DNA of 34,822 bases from a bacterium (GTDB taxonomy: Bacteria; Patescibacteriota; Patescibacteriia; Patescibacteriales; JALTFF01). Location of the stretch: NCBI GenBank assembly GCA_027007465.1, contig JALTFF010000011.1, positions 1 through 34,822 on the forward strand, in the 5' to 3' direction. The first letter of the stretch is position 1. Each line of letters opens with the position of its first letter. Below, piece by piece: positions 7,939-17,866 of this stretch. The position numbers were made by a program, and so were the translations under genes. The notes below the pieces were generated by a model. It did no database searches, was not told the DNA's origin, and worked only from the letters and a program-made list of their open reading frames with translations.

Positions 7939-9216
7939 TTATATATTTTCATATTTTGCCATTGTCACTCGTGCTTCAATCTGTTTTACTGATTCTATCA
8001 CTACTCCAACTACAATCAACAAGCTAGCTCCACTAATAGCTAATGTTTGAGTATGAGTTGTCCACTGCATAAAGAATGGCAATAAAGCAACTAAGCCTAA
8101 GAAAACTGCTCCAACAAAGACAATTCTAATAGTAATAGTGCTTAAATAATTTGCTGTAGGTTTTCCTGGCCTAATCCCTGGTATAAAAGCTCCTTGCTTT
8201 TGTAAATTTTCAGCAATTTGTTGAGGATGAAAGATTACAAAAGTGTAAAAAAATGTAAAAGCTACTACTAAAAGAAAATATAGCACAATATATACAGATT
8301 GTCCTGGTTGAAAAGTTTGAATAGTTAAGTTAGCTACTTGCCTTAAAAATTCTGATTTTGCATGAATAAAGAATTGCGCTATCATTGGAGGAAATAATAT
8401 TACTGAAATAGCAAAAATAATTGGAATCATTCCAGCTTGATTAACGCGTAATGGCAAATGTGAATAATCACCGCTATACATTCTATTACTCCTTAATTGA
8501 CGTGCGTATTGAACTGGAATATTTCTTTGCCCCTCATTAATAATAACTATAGCAACAATAGTTATTAAGGCAATAATGGTAAAAACTAATAAATTAAAAA
8601 ATTTAGAAGGATCATAATTTATTATATTTTCCTGAATTGCTCCTGGTATGCCAGCAATTATACCAGCAAAGATTATTAAAGAAATTCCATTACCAACATG
8701 CTTTTCTGAAATTAGCTCACCTATCCACATTAAAAACATTGTCCCAGCTGTAATAGCGCTAATAATAACAATCATATGAAAAATACTAAGCTTTGGTAAA
8801 ATCTGTGACGAAGAATGCCTTAACAAAGTAATCATCCCATAGGATTGTAATATTGCCAATGGAAAAGTGGCATATCTTGTCCATTGGTTTATCTTCTGCA
8901 TACCAGACTCTCCTTCTTTACTTAATTCTTCTAACTTAGGAACAATCATAGTTAAGAGCTGAAAAATAATTGATGAAGTAATATAAGGACCTACGCCCAT
9001 CATTACAATAGAGAAATTCTTCATTGCGCCGCCTGAAAAAATATTAATCATGCCCAATACTTGATTAGATTCAAAAAATTGAGACAAAGCTCCAACATTA
9101 ATTCCTGGAATAGGAATATGAGCTGCAAAACGAAAAACCACTAACATAGCTAAAACAAATAAAATATCATTACGTAAATCCTTTATTTTCCAAAATTTAA
9201 TTATTTTGTTTAACAT
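7939..9216 (-). CDS. secY: Preprotein translocase subunit SecY
   Basis: Ten-TM SecY architecture with typical N-terminus (LRNDILFVLAMLVVFRFAAHIPIPGIN) and position after rplO. Confidence 0.95.
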   Translation of the reverse strand: MLNKIIKFWKIKDLRNDILFVLAMLVVFRFAAHIPIPGINVGALSQFFESNQVLGMINIFSGGAMKNFSIVMMGVGPYITSSIIFQLLTMIVPKLEELSKEGESGMQKINQWTRYATFPLAILQSYGMITLLRHSSSQILPKLSIFHMIVIISAITAGTMFLMWIGELISEKHVGNGISLIIFAGIIAGIPGAIQENIINYDPSKFFNLLVFTIIALITIVAIVIINEGQRNIPVQYARQLRSNRMYSGDYSHLPLRVNQAGMIPIIFAISVILFPPMIAQFFIHAKSEFLRQVANLTIQTFQPGQSVYIVLYFLLVVAFTFFYTFVIFHPQQIAENLQKQGAFIPGIRPGKPTANYLSTITIRIVFVGAVFLGLVALLPFFMQWTTHTQTLAISGASLLIVVGVVIESVKQIEARVTMAKYENI

Positions 9217-9661
9217 AATTAATTACTCCATTATTTTTTTCAATTTGCGCTTTAGCATTTCGACTTACAGTTAATTTTGAAAATCTCAAATTTTTTAACT
9301 TTAATTCTCCTTTTCCTAAAATTTTTACTGCTATTTTAGTATTATCAATCAATTTTTTATCTAATAATGATTTAGGGCTAATTTTATCATTATTATGAAA
9401 GTGTTTATTAATTGATTCTAAATTAACTATTTGATTTTTAGGTTTAGCTGATTTAAATCCTCTTAGTTTTGGAATATTTAATAAATTGTCTTTAAATCCT
9501 TTTCTTTTAAGCCCACCTTTACCACCAGATCTAGCTCTTTGTCCTTTTATTCCGCGACAACTATAAGTTCCATGGCCTGACGAATTTCCTCTGCCAACAC
9601 GCTTTTTCTTTTTATTTACATCCTTTGATGTTTTAATTGTATTTAATGATAAATATGCCAT
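9197..9661 (-). CDS. rplO: 50S ribosomal protein L15
   Basis: Contains RVGRGNSSGHGTYSCRGIKGQRARSGG motif. Operon position fits. Confidence 0.95.
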   Translation of the reverse strand: MAYLSLNTIKTSKDVNKKKKRVGRGNSSGHGTYSCRGIKGQRARSGGKGGLKRKGFKDNLLNIPKLRGFKSAKPKNQIVNLESINKHFHNNDKISPKSLLDKKLIDNTKIAVKILGKGELKLKNLRFSKLTVSRNAKAQIEKNNGVINYVKQNN

Positions 9662-9721
9662 ATAATTTGTATAAAATTATTTAACAAGCTTAACTTAGAA
9701 AAGGAGTTTAGCTTCTTTATA

Positions 9722-10270
9722 CTAATCCTTGGACCTAGCAACATTACTTTTATCTTTCTTATTATCTTTAATATCTTCTGATAAAATTATTAGTTCTTTT
9801 AGAGCAGCTATAGTACATTGCGCATTATTTATTTTATTGTTAGTTCCTAAAATTTTAGCGCTTACATTAGGAATCCCTGATAAATCTAATAACAAACGAA
9901 CAACTCCACCTGCTTTAATGCCTTTTCCTTGAGCTGCTGGTTTTATCAATACTTTAGCTGATCCTAATTTTTTATAAACCCTACAAAAAATAGTATCATT
10001 AATAATAGGAACTGTAATTATTTCTTTTTTAGCTCTATCAACTGCCTTACTAATAGCTGTAGCCACATCACTTCCTTTAGCTAATCCTATGGCTATCTTT
10101 CCTTTTCTATTACCAATAGCCATACATGCCCTAAAACGCATTCTCTTGCCACCAGCAGTTACTCTTGTCACTCTTGCTAAGTCAATAACTTTTTGCTCAA
10201 ATTCATCTTCTGACAATTTTTTTTCTTTAATATTTTTATTCTGACTTTGTTTTTTATCTTGCTGAATCAT
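9722..10270 (-). CDS. rpsE: 30S ribosomal protein S5
   Basis: Contains VTRVTAGGKRMRFRACMAIGNRKGKIAIGLAKG. Short Lys-rich N- and C-terminal tails. Confidence 0.95.
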   Translation of the reverse strand: MIQQDKKQSQNKNIKEKKLSEDEFEQKVIDLARVTRVTAGGKRMRFRACMAIGNRKGKIAIGLAKGSDVATAISKAVDRAKKEIITVPIINDTIFCRVYKKLGSAKVLIKPAAQGKGIKAGGVVRLLLDLSGIPNVSAKILGTNNKINNAQCTIAALKELIILSEDIKDNKKDKSNVARSKD

Positions 10271-10285
10271 AATAATATATTTAAA

Positions 10286-10669
10286 CTATATTTTTACACC
10301 TTGCTTTCTAACTCCATCAGCCACTGCCTTAACTCTGCCATGATATTTATAACTAGATCTATCAAAAACAACTTGCTTAATATTTTTTTCTAAAATTTTT
10401 TTAGCTAATAACATACCCATATTATAAGCTAAATTTACTTTTCTATTGTTTTTAGCAAAATTTTCTAACTCACCTTCTTTGCCTTCAAGTTCTTTTGAGC
10501 TAACGCTTGCTAATGTGTTAGCTTTCTCATCGTCAATGACTTGCAAATACATTCCTCTATGGCTTCTAAACACACTTAATCTTGGCACCTCTGATGTGCC
10601 CCTGATTTTAGATCTTACACGCATTTTACGTCTTTGTTTTTTTTGCTGTTTTAATTTTTCTTTATTCAT
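10286..10669 (-). CDS. rplR: 50S ribosomal protein L18
   Basis: Contains PRLSVFRSHRGMYLQVIDD...FDRSSYKYHGRVKAVADGVR. Confidence 0.95.
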   Translation of the reverse strand: MNKEKLKQQKKQRRKMRVRSKIRGTSEVPRLSVFRSHRGMYLQVIDDEKANTLASVSSKELEGKEGELENFAKNNRKVNLAYNMGMLLAKKILEKNIKQVVFDRSSYKYHGRVKAVADGVRKQGVKI

Positions 10670-10686
10670 AAACTGTGTATTATTTT

Positions 10687-11232
10687 TTAACCTTCTTTAA
10701 CGTTTGTCTTGCCTTGCTTTCTCCTAATTACTTCATCAACATATTTTATGCCCTTGCCTTTATAAGGTTCTGGTTTTCTAATCCTTCTTATTTTAGCTGA
10801 TACCTCACCTACTAATTGTTTATCTATCCCTGAAATAGTGATTATATTTTTTTCTTGACTAGCCTCAATACCTTTTGGTAATTGAAAATTTACTGGATGA
10901 GAATATCCAACATTTAAAACCAAAGTATCTTTTTCAATATTTACTTTATAACCAACTCCATTAATTTCTAATTGTTTTTGATATCCTTGAGTCACTCCTT
11001 TAACCATATTATCAATTAGTTTTCTAAACGTTCCCCAAAGTGATTTTTCATTTTTATTACTCTTATTTCTAATATCAACTTTTATTTCCTTATCATCTAT
11101 ATTAACAATAACCAAAGGATGAATCTCTTGAGACAACTCACCTTTAGGACCTTTAACTTTTAATAAATTGCCATCCAATTCTACTTTAACACCTTGCGGT
11201 ATTATAATTGGTAATTTTCCTATTCTTGACAT
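10687..11232 (-). CDS. rplF: 50S ribosomal protein L6
   Basis: The canonical L6 N-terminus MSRIGKLPI starts at the internal Met (11232). The longer ORF to 11256 would overlap rpsH by 14 nt. Confidence 0.9.
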   Translation of the reverse strand: MSRIGKLPIIIPQGVKVELDGNLLKVKGPKGELSQEIHPLVIVNIDDKEIKVDIRNKSNKNEKSLWGTFRKLIDNMVKGVTQGYQKQLEINGVGYKVNIEKDTLVLNVGYSHPVNFQLPKGIEASQEKNIITISGIDKQLVGEVSAKIRRIRKPEPYKGKGIKYVDEVIRRKQGKTNVKEG

Positions 11233-11242
11233 AAAATTATTA

Positions 11243-11659
11243 TTAAAAAATTTCACATAGCAGTTCTCCTCCTAAACCCTTATTTTTAGCTTCTTTATTT
11301 GTCATAATTCCTTTTGAAGTAGAAATAATAGCTATGCCTCTATTATTTAAAACATTTGGCAGATTATCCTTGCCAACATATATTCTTCTGCCTGGCTTAC
11401 TAATTCTTGTTAAATTTCTTATAACTGATTTCCCATTATTATACTTAAAGTATATCTTAATCATAGAAAAAACAGCTTTTTTGCTATTAGCCTTCTTAGG
11501 TTTTGCTTTAACAATTTTAAAATTACTAATAAAATTATTCTCTTTTAAAATTTTAGCTATTTTTATTTTAATCTTAGATACAGGAATTAATACCTCGCTT
11601 TTTTTTACTGCTAAGGCATTCCTCATTCTTGTAAGCATATCAGCAATTGAATCTGTCAT
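11243..11659 (-). CDS. rpsH: 30S ribosomal protein S8
   Basis: N-terminus reads MTDSIADMLTRMRNA and the C-terminus GGELLCEIF. Confidence 0.95.
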   Translation of the reverse strand: MTDSIADMLTRMRNALAVKKSEVLIPVSKIKIKIAKILKENNFISNFKIVKAKPKKANSKKAVFSMIKIYFKYNNGKSVIRNLTRISKPGRRIYVGKDNLPNVLNNRGIAIISTSKGIMTNKEAKNKGLGGELLCEIF

Positions 11660-11711
11660 ATTTTTTAACCCAATACTAATTTTGCTTTGGCAAAAATAAG
11701 CTTGGATAAAT

Positions 11712-11897
11712 TTACCAACTTGATTTTTTTATTCCTGGAATTTGACCATCTCTAGCCAATTCCCTAAAACAAATCCTACATAAACCAAATTCTCTCATAT
11801 ATCCTTTCTTTCTACCACAACGCCAGCACCTTCTTACTACCCTTGTTGAATATTTTGGTTTTTTCTTTGATTTTGCTATTTGAGCTTTAGATGCCAT
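11712..11897 (-). CDS. rpsN: 30S ribosomal protein S14, zinc-binding type Z (61 aa)
   Basis: Short form with CWRCGR...CRICFRE zinc motif and the C-terminal KSSW. Confidence 0.95.
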   Translation of the reverse strand: MASKAQIAKSKKKPKYSTRVVRRCWRCGRKKGYMREFGLCRICFRELARDGQIPGIKKSSW

Positions 11898-11907
11898 AAA
11901 TAATAAT

Positions 11908-12447
11908 TTATTTTTTCTTAAATGGAAATCCCAATAATTCTAATAATTTTAATCCCTCTTCATGGTTTTTAGCTGTTGTTGAAATAGAAACTTCAAGACC
12001 ATAGATTCTTTCAACTTCGTCAGACTTTATCTCTGGAAAAGGTAGTTGCTCCTTAAATCCTACTGTTAAATTACCCTGCTTGTCAACCACTCTCTTTGAT
12101 ATCCCTCTAAAATCTCTTACTCTTGGAAAAACAATATTAATTAACTTTTCTAAAAAATCAAACATTCTCCTGCCTCTAATAGTAGCCTTTACACCAACTG
12201 TATCACCTTGCCTAACTTTAAAGCTAGATATTGATTTTTTAGAAAATGTTTTAATCGGCTTTTGACCAGTAATTTTGGTTATACTATTTTCTATTGCTTT
12301 AATATAATCCTTATCTTTGCTATGTCTTCCTACTCCAACATTAACTACAATTTTATCTACCTTAGGGACTGCTAAGTCATTTTTATATTTAAAAATCTCT
12401 TTCATCTTAGGAATTGCTTCTTGATTATATTTTTCTAATAGTCTCAT
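11908..12447 (-). CDS. rplE: 50S ribosomal protein L5
   Basis: Contains VPKVDKIVVNVGVG...FDFLEKLINIVFPRVRDFRG. Confidence 0.95.
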   Translation of the reverse strand: MRLLEKYNQEAIPKMKEIFKYKNDLAVPKVDKIVVNVGVGRHSKDKDYIKAIENSITKITGQKPIKTFSKKSISSFKVRQGDTVGVKATIRGRRMFDFLEKLINIVFPRVRDFRGISKRVVDKQGNLTVGFKEQLPFPEIKSDEVERIYGLEVSISTTAKNHEEGLKLLELLGFPFKKK

Positions 12448-12487
12448 ATACTTTTAATAATTATACATTACCTTGCAAATATTATTT

Positions 12488-12838
12488 TTAAATTATTGCT
12501 TTACATTTTTTACAAATCCTTACTTTTTTCTTTTTATTTTTTTTATTATCTTCTGATACATCTAATACTTTATACCCAACCCTTGTTGGCCTTCCGCATT
12601 TTGGACAAATTAACATTACATTACTTATATCTAATGGCGCTGGGAATTCAATCCTTTGTCCTTTTTCACCTTCTTTGCCAGATTTTATATGTTTTATCAA
12701 TAAATTTACGCCCTCAACACTCACTTTAATCTTTTTCTTATTTCCTTTTTTCAAATATAAAACTTGTAGAACTTTTCCTGTTTTTCCTTTGTTCTTTCCA
12801 GCTAATATTTTAACTTTATCATCTTTTTTAATATGCAT
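12488..12838 (-). CDS. rplX: 50S ribosomal protein L24 (with CxxC...CxxC)
   Basis: KOW region reads MHIKKDDKVKILAGKNKGKTGKVL. Also VEGVNLLIKH and the C-terminal CPKCGRPTRVGYKV...RICKKCK. Confidence 0.93.
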   Translation of the reverse strand: MHIKKDDKVKILAGKNKGKTGKVLQVLYLKKGNKKKIKVSVEGVNLLIKHIKSGKEGEKGQRIEFPAPLDISNVMLICPKCGRPTRVGYKVLDVSEDNKKNKKKKVRICKKCKAII

Positions 12839-12847
12839 ATTTTATAA

Positions 12848-13219
12848 TTATAATACTTCTGGAGCTAATGAGATAATTTTAATAAATTTTTTAGCTCTTA
12901 ATTCTCTTGGGATAGGCCCAAAGATTCTTCCACCTTTAGGCTCTCTTGTTTTTTTATCAATAATTACACAGGCATTTTCGCTAAAACGTAAATAAGTCCC
13001 ATCTTTTCTTCTTATTTCCTTTCTAGTTCTTACAACAACACCATGTAAAACATCACCTTTCTTAACCATTGAATATGGAGTAGCTTCTTTTACTGTTAAA
13101 GTAATAATATCCCCAATTCGCGCGTATCTTTTCTTATAACCTCCCAATACCTTAATACACTGCACTTTTTTCGCGCCAGTATTATCAGCAACTTTTAACA
13201 TTGTCCTTGGTTGAATCAT
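12848..13219 (-). CDS. rplN: 50S ribosomal protein L14
   Basis: N-terminus reads [27 protein letters not shown]. Confidence 0.97.
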   Translation of the reverse strand: MIQPRTMLKVADNTGAKKVQCIKVLGGYKKRYARIGDIITLTVKEATPYSMVKKGDVLHGVVVRTRKEIRRKDGTYLRFSENACVIIDKKTREPKGGRIFGPIPRELRAKKFIKIISLAPEVL

Positions 13220-13229
13220 ATTTTAAATA

Positions 13230-13484
13230 TTAATAAATTACACGCCATCTTTTTTCTTTTGATAATGGCCTAGTTTGTATAAATATTACTTTGTCTCCTA
13301 TTTTATACTGATTCTTTTCATCATGAACTTTATATTTTTTACTTATTTTATATCTTTTTTTATATTTAGGGTGAAGCTTTATTCTGTCAACTCTAACTAC
13401 AATTGTTCTGTCCATTTTGTCTGAAACAACAATCCCATTAAATTTATGCTTAATTAATTTTTTCTTAACTTTATTATTTCCCAT
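13230..13484 (-). CDS. rpsQ: 30S ribosomal protein S17
   Basis: Contains GIVVSDKMDRTIVVRVDRIKLHPKYKKRYKISKKYKVHDE...RPLSKEKRWRV. Confidence 0.95.
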   Translation of the reverse strand: MGNNKVKKKLIKHKFNGIVVSDKMDRTIVVRVDRIKLHPKYKKRYKISKKYKVHDEKNQYKIGDKVIFIQTRPLSKEKRWRVIY

Positions 13485-13494
13485 ATTATAAATT

Positions 13495-13680
13495 TTATTT
13501 CTTATTGTTTAATACTGTTAAAATTCTACTTATAGTTTTCCTTATTTTTCTAATTTCCCTGACATCTTTTAATTGTTTATTAGCATCTTTAAATCTTAAC
13601 TCCTGTAATATTTTTCTTTTTTCAAGTAAAAATTTTTTTAATTCTTCGTGATTTTTTTGTTTTATTTCTTTTATGTCCAT
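13495..13680 (-). CDS. rpmC: 50S ribosomal protein L29
   Basis: 61-aa helical protein (ELKKFLLEKRKILQELRFK) in the position between rplP and rpsQ. Confidence 0.9.
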   Translation of the reverse strand: MDIKEIKQKNHEELKKFLLEKRKILQELRFKDANKQLKDVREIRKIRKTISRILTVLNNKK

Positions 13681-13685
13681 ATTTA

Positions 13686-14093
13686 TTATTGTTTTATAAT
13701 AAATTTACACTTAACTGGTAATTTATAAGAAGCTAATCTTAATGCTTCTCTGGCTAATTCCTCGCTTACTCCATCTATTTCAAACATAACAGTTCCTGGC
13801 ACAACAACAGCCACATATTTTTCAACACTACCCTTACCTTTGCCCATTGGTGTTTCATTTGCTTTAGCAGTAATAGGTTTATCTGGAAAAATTCTTATCC
13901 ATAATTTACCAGCTCTTTTTAGATGCCTACTAATTGTTTTTCTAGCTGCTTCAATCTGTCTTGAGTCAATCCATTTAGCTTGCAATGACTTTAACCCAAA
14001 CTTACCAAAACTTATTTTATTGATTCTTGTGGCTAACTTACCTGCTCTGCCTTTTTGCCACTTTCTATGTTTTTGTTTTTTAGGTGATAACAT
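13686..14093 (-). CDS. rplP: 50S ribosomal protein L16
   Basis: Contains [16 protein letters not shown]...[14 protein letters not shown]...[11 protein letters not shown]. Confidence 0.97.
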   Translation of the reverse strand: MLSPKKQKHRKWQKGRAGKLATRINKISFGKFGLKSLQAKWIDSRQIEAARKTISRHLKRAGKLWIRIFPDKPITAKANETPMGKGKGSVEKYVAVVVPGTVMFEIDGVSEELAREALRLASYKLPVKCKFIIKQ

Positions 14094-14108
14094 AAATCTT
14101 ATAATAAA

Positions 14109-14780
14109 TTAAACCACTTCTCCTGTTTTTTCTTCTTTTTTAAATACTTCTCCTTTATATATCCAAACTTTAACTCCAATAGCTCCATAAGTTGTATGCG
14201 CTATGTTTAAGGCATAATCTATATTAGCACGTAATGTATGAAGTGGTAATTTCCCAATTGCTAAAGTTTCTGGCCTAGCAATTTCAGCTCCATTTAATCT
14301 TCCTTTCACTTTAACCTTAACTCCTAAGGCTCCTGCTTTCTTAACCCTGCTAATAGCTGACTTCATTGCTCTGCGATAAGGCACTCTTTTTTCTATGTCA
14401 TCAACAATTTGTTGCGAAACAATCCTAGCGCTTAAATTTGGTTTATTTACTTCATTTATAGTTAAATTAAAAGCATTAACTTTATAATTTTTTAAAAATT
14501 TGCTCTTAATTTCTTTTTTTAATTTTTCACTACCAACACCATTTCTACCAATTATCATACCTGGTCTAGCGCTATAAATAATAATATCCATTTTATCCGG
14601 AGATCGTTCAATTTCAACTCTATCAATAAATGAATTTCTTAATTTATTCATTAAAAATTCTTTAACTAAAAAATCTTCTCTTAAGTTTTTTATATATTTT
14701 TTTCTATTTTCAAACCATTTTGAACTCCAATCGTAAATAATACCTATTCTATATAATTTTGGATGTACTTTGTGTCCCAT
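14109..14780 (-). CDS. rpsC: 30S ribosomal protein S3
   Basis: N-terminus [21 protein letters not shown], followed by KH domain and the [10 protein letters not shown] motif. Confidence 0.97.
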   Translation of the reverse strand: MGHKVHPKLYRIGIIYDWSSKWFENRKKYIKNLREDFLVKEFLMNKLRNSFIDRVEIERSPDKMDIIIYSARPGMIIGRNGVGSEKLKKEIKSKFLKNYKVNAFNLTINEVNKPNLSARIVSQQIVDDIEKRVPYRRAMKSAISRVKKAGALGVKVKVKGRLNGAEIARPETLAIGKLPLHTLRANIDYALNIAHTTYGAIGVKVWIYKGEVFKKEEKTGEVV

Positions 14781-14808
14781 ATTAAAATAAAAATATTATA
14801 ATTATAAT

Positions 14809-15396
14809 TTAACCGCTTTTTCTTCTAAATACTTTATTAATAAATCCTTTTTTATCACCTTCTGTTTTATTATGTTGACCTTTATTTATATGCTTTATAT
14901 CTGTAGCTTCTTTTATTTTTCCTATTTTCTCATCTTTTTTTAGAACTGCCCTGTCCTTAATTGGCTTAGTTTCTTTCTTGTCCTCCATTGCTTGTTTAGC
15001 TTGTTTTTCTAAATTTATTGGTTTTTCTATTTCCACTTTTTTAGCTTGTTTTTTGCCGCTATCTTTAATTTCAGCTAAAACTAAATTAATATGGCTAGTT
15101 CTCTTTCTGATTTGAGCTGCTTTACCAAAAGCTCTAGCTCTCCAACGTTTCAAAGTTGGGCCCTCACCTACACTAATTGTTTTAATATATAAATTATCCT
15201 CATCAATATCATAATTAAACTTACTATTAGTAATTGCTGAATTAATCAATTTTATTAAAGGCTTGGCAGATTTTTTATTAACAAATTGCAGATATTCTAC
15301 AGCCCTTTGCGCTTTCATGCCACGAACTAAATCAACTACTAAACGAACTTTTCTAGGTGATATTCTAAGATATTTAAGAAATGCTTTTGTTTCCAT
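14809..15396 (-). CDS. rplV: 50S ribosomal protein L22 with ~80-aa Lys/Glu-rich C-terminal extension
   Basis: L22 core: YLRISPRKVRLVVDLVRGMKAQRAVEYLQF...RWRARAFGKAAQIRKRTSHINLVL. A low-complexity tail follows. Confidence 0.93.
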   Translation of the reverse strand: METKAFLKYLRISPRKVRLVVDLVRGMKAQRAVEYLQFVNKKSAKPLIKLINSAITNSKFNYDIDEDNLYIKTISVGEGPTLKRWRARAFGKAAQIRKRTSHINLVLAEIKDSGKKQAKKVEIEKPINLEKQAKQAMEDKKETKPIKDRAVLKKDEKIGKIKEATDIKHINKGQHNKTEGDKKGFINKVFRRKSG

Positions 15397-15414
15397 ATAA
15401 ATTTAATCAAAAAA

Positions 15415-15708
15415 TTATTTTTTACCTCCGCTCCTTTGTTGATTTTTCGCCATCTTACCTCCATGTCTAATAAATTTTCTAGTTAAAGCAAACTCCCCTA
15501 ATTTATGCCCCACCATATTTTCTACAATAAAAACAGGAACATGAGTTTTACCATTATGAACTCCAATAGTAAAGCCTACCATTTCTGGAGTAATTGTGCA
15601 AGCCCTATCCCATGTTTTTAAAATTGTGTTATCCCCTGTTTTTAAATTCTTAATTCTTTTTAATAATCTCTCATTAACATAGGGACCTTTTTTAAGTGAT
15701 CTTGACAT
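15415..15708 (-). CDS. rpsS: 30S ribosomal protein S19
   Basis: Contains [11 protein letters not shown]...[29 protein letters not shown]. Confidence 0.97.
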   Translation of the reverse strand: MSRSLKKGPYVNERLLKRIKNLKTGDNTILKTWDRACTITPEMVGFTIGVHNGKTHVPVFIVENMVGHKLGEFALTRKFIRHGGKMAKNQQRSGGKK

Positions 15709-15743
15709 AATTTATATATTTTAATCCAATATGATATATTAAA

Positions 15744-16583
15744 TTATCTTCTTTTAGTTTTTCTTCTTTGTAAAATAAATTTATTACTTTTCTTATGTTT
15801 TTTTCTTGTCTTTACTCCTAAAGCTGGTTTTCCCCATGGCGTTTTAGGTCCTTTTAAACCAATTGGTTGCTTACCTTCTCCACCTCCATGAGGATGGTCA
15901 ACTGGATTCATAGCTTTTCCTCTTACAGTTGGCCTAATGCCTAAATATCTTTTTCTGCCAGCTTTTCCAAGTTTAATATGCTTTCTATCTGGATTACTTA
16001 CCTGTCCAATTGTAGCTAAACAATTCTTTAGTATCAGCCTAATCTCTCCAGAAGGTAATTTCAACTGAGCATATTTTCCTTCTACTGCCATTAATTTTGC
16101 TCCTGTTCCAGCACCTCTTACAATTTGTCCGCCTTTTCCTGGCTCTAATTCAATATTATAAACTGTCATTCCAACTGGAATATATTTTAATGGCATAGCA
16201 TTTCCTAAATTAAAATCAATTTTGTCTCTTGATGATAATATCTTTTGTCCAACTTTTAAATTAATCGGAGCAATAATATATCTTTTTTCATTATCTTTAT
16301 ATTGAACCAAAGCTATTCTAGCTCCTCTGTTTGGATCATATTCAATAGACTTAACCTCAGCTTCTTGATCAAATTTATTTCGCTTATAATCAATAATCCT
16401 AATTCTTCTTTTAGCTCCACCACCTCTATGTCTTATTGTAACCCTGCCTTTATAACCTCTTCCAGCTTTCCTTTTTTTAGCTAAAGTTAACTTTTTTTCT
16501 GGCTTTTTTTTGGTAATATCTCCAAAGGTATCAAAAGTTGCTCTTCTTAACCCAGGAGTGATTGGTTTTTTCTTTTTTAACAT
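15744..16583 (-). CDS. rplB: 50S ribosomal protein L2
   Basis: Contains [18 protein letters not shown] and [14 protein letters not shown]. Confidence 0.97.
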   Translation of the reverse strand: MLKKKKPITPGLRRATFDTFGDITKKKPEKKLTLAKKRKAGRGYKGRVTIRHRGGGAKRRIRIIDYKRNKFDQEAEVKSIEYDPNRGARIALVQYKDNEKRYIIAPINLKVGQKILSSRDKIDFNLGNAMPLKYIPVGMTVYNIELEPGKGGQIVRGAGTGAKLMAVEGKYAQLKLPSGEIRLILKNCLATIGQVSNPDRKHIKLGKAGRKRYLGIRPTVRGKAMNPVDHPHGGGEGKQPIGLKGPKTPWGKPALGVKTRKKHKKSNKFILQRRKTKRR

Positions 16584-16597
16584 AAAATTAACTAAAA

Positions 16598-17164
16598 TTA
16601 AACACCTTCATAAACTTTAATTTCTTGACCCTCTGCCAAAGTAATAATAGCCTTTTTCCAATTTTTTCTCTTTCCTAATTTATTAGCATAACGAACCTTT
16701 TTGCCTTTTACATAGCTGATATTTACAGATAATGGCTTAAGTCCGTAAATCTGTTCAATGGCTTTCTTAACCATTATTTTATTGGCTTTTTTATCTATAA
16801 CAAAGGCATATTTATTATACTTTCCTAAACTAGTAACCTTTTCTGTAATAAGTGGTTTTATTAAAACACGATAAGCTAAGTCTTGTATAACTTTATTATG
16901 ATTAATATTCTTGCTTGGTTCTAAATCAGTTTGTTTTTTAGTAATTTTCTTTTTATTATAATCATTCTTTGCAGAAGACATCTTATGTATTGGCTTTTTA
17001 TCTGATTCTTTATTTTCATAAAGCTCTCTCATTGTCATTTTTCTAACTGGTTCTTCTTTTGTTTGCTTCTTATTGTCAATATCAGCATTACTTCTATTCT
17101 TATTTTTTTTGCTTTGTCTTTCATCTTTTGCCTTACTTGATTTAAGCTTATTAAAAAATCCCAT
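16598..17164 (-). CDS. rplW: 50S ribosomal protein L23 with ~95-aa Lys-rich N-terminal extension
   Basis: The C-terminal half is a normal L23 ([14 protein letters not shown]...[23 protein letters not shown]...KKAIITL). The ATG lies 5 nt after the rplD stop, which supports the long form. Confidence 0.9.
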   Translation of the reverse strand: MGFFNKLKSSKAKDERQSKKNKNRSNADIDNKKQTKEEPVRKMTMRELYENKESDKKPIHKMSSAKNDYNKKKITKKQTDLEPSKNINHNKVIQDLAYRVLIKPLITEKVTSLGKYNKYAFVIDKKANKIMVKKAIEQIYGLKPLSVNISYVKGKKVRYANKLGKRKNWKKAIITLAEGQEIKVYEGV

Positions 17165-17169
17165 ATAAT

Positions 17170-17847
17170 TTATTTAATATATCTTTTTTCTAAATTTTTT
17201 ATTGTATTCAAAGTTAAAATTAAATCTCTATATTTTAATAAATCTAAAATATTTATATTGCCTAAATTTAGAAATTTTACATTTGGCAAATTAGACAAGC
17301 TCTTCTGTGCTTTTTTATCTTTCTTAGATAAAATAATCATAATACTTCTTCTTTGTGTTTTATTTAAAGTTTTTTGCTTTTTAGTTCTTGATTCTTGAAT
17401 TATTTTTTCTAAATTTTTTAATATTTTATCTGCTATTTTTGTTTTATATTTATCTAATTCAAACTTATCTAAAATAATTAAATTATTATTTATTGCTTTG
17501 TCAGTTAAAGCCATTAATAAAGCTTTTTGCTTCATTTTTTTATTTATTTTTTTCTTAAAGACTCTATATTTAGTTGGGCCAAATGTTACGCCTCCACCTT
17601 TCCAAATAGGAGAACGGATTGATCCATGTCTAGCTCTTCCAGTGCCTTTTTGGCGCCAAGGTTTCTTGCCTCCTCCACTTACTTCAGATCTATCTTTTGT
17701 ATGAGCTAAAATTTGACGTTCATTAGCCTGTTGTGTTACCACAGCCTGATAAATTAATTCTGGCTTTACTTTAATATTAAAAATAAGCGGATTTAATTCC
17801 TTTTCCATTATTTCTTCTCCATTTTGATTATATACCTTATAAAGCAT
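17170..17847 (-). CDS. rplD: 50S ribosomal protein L4
   Basis: Contains GGGKKPWRQKGTGRARHGSIRSPIWKGGGVTFGP. Confidence 0.97.
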   Translation of the reverse strand: MLYKVYNQNGEEIMEKELNPLIFNIKVKPELIYQAVVTQQANERQILAHTKDRSEVSGGGKKPWRQKGTGRARHGSIRSPIWKGGGVTFGPTKYRVFKKKINKKMKQKALLMALTDKAINNNLIILDKFELDKYKTKIADKILKNLEKIIQESRTKKQKTLNKTQRRSIMIILSKKDKKAQKSLSNLPNVKFLNLGNINILDLLKYRDLILTLNTIKNLEKRYIK

Positions 17848-17866
17848 ATATTTCTTTTATAATAAA

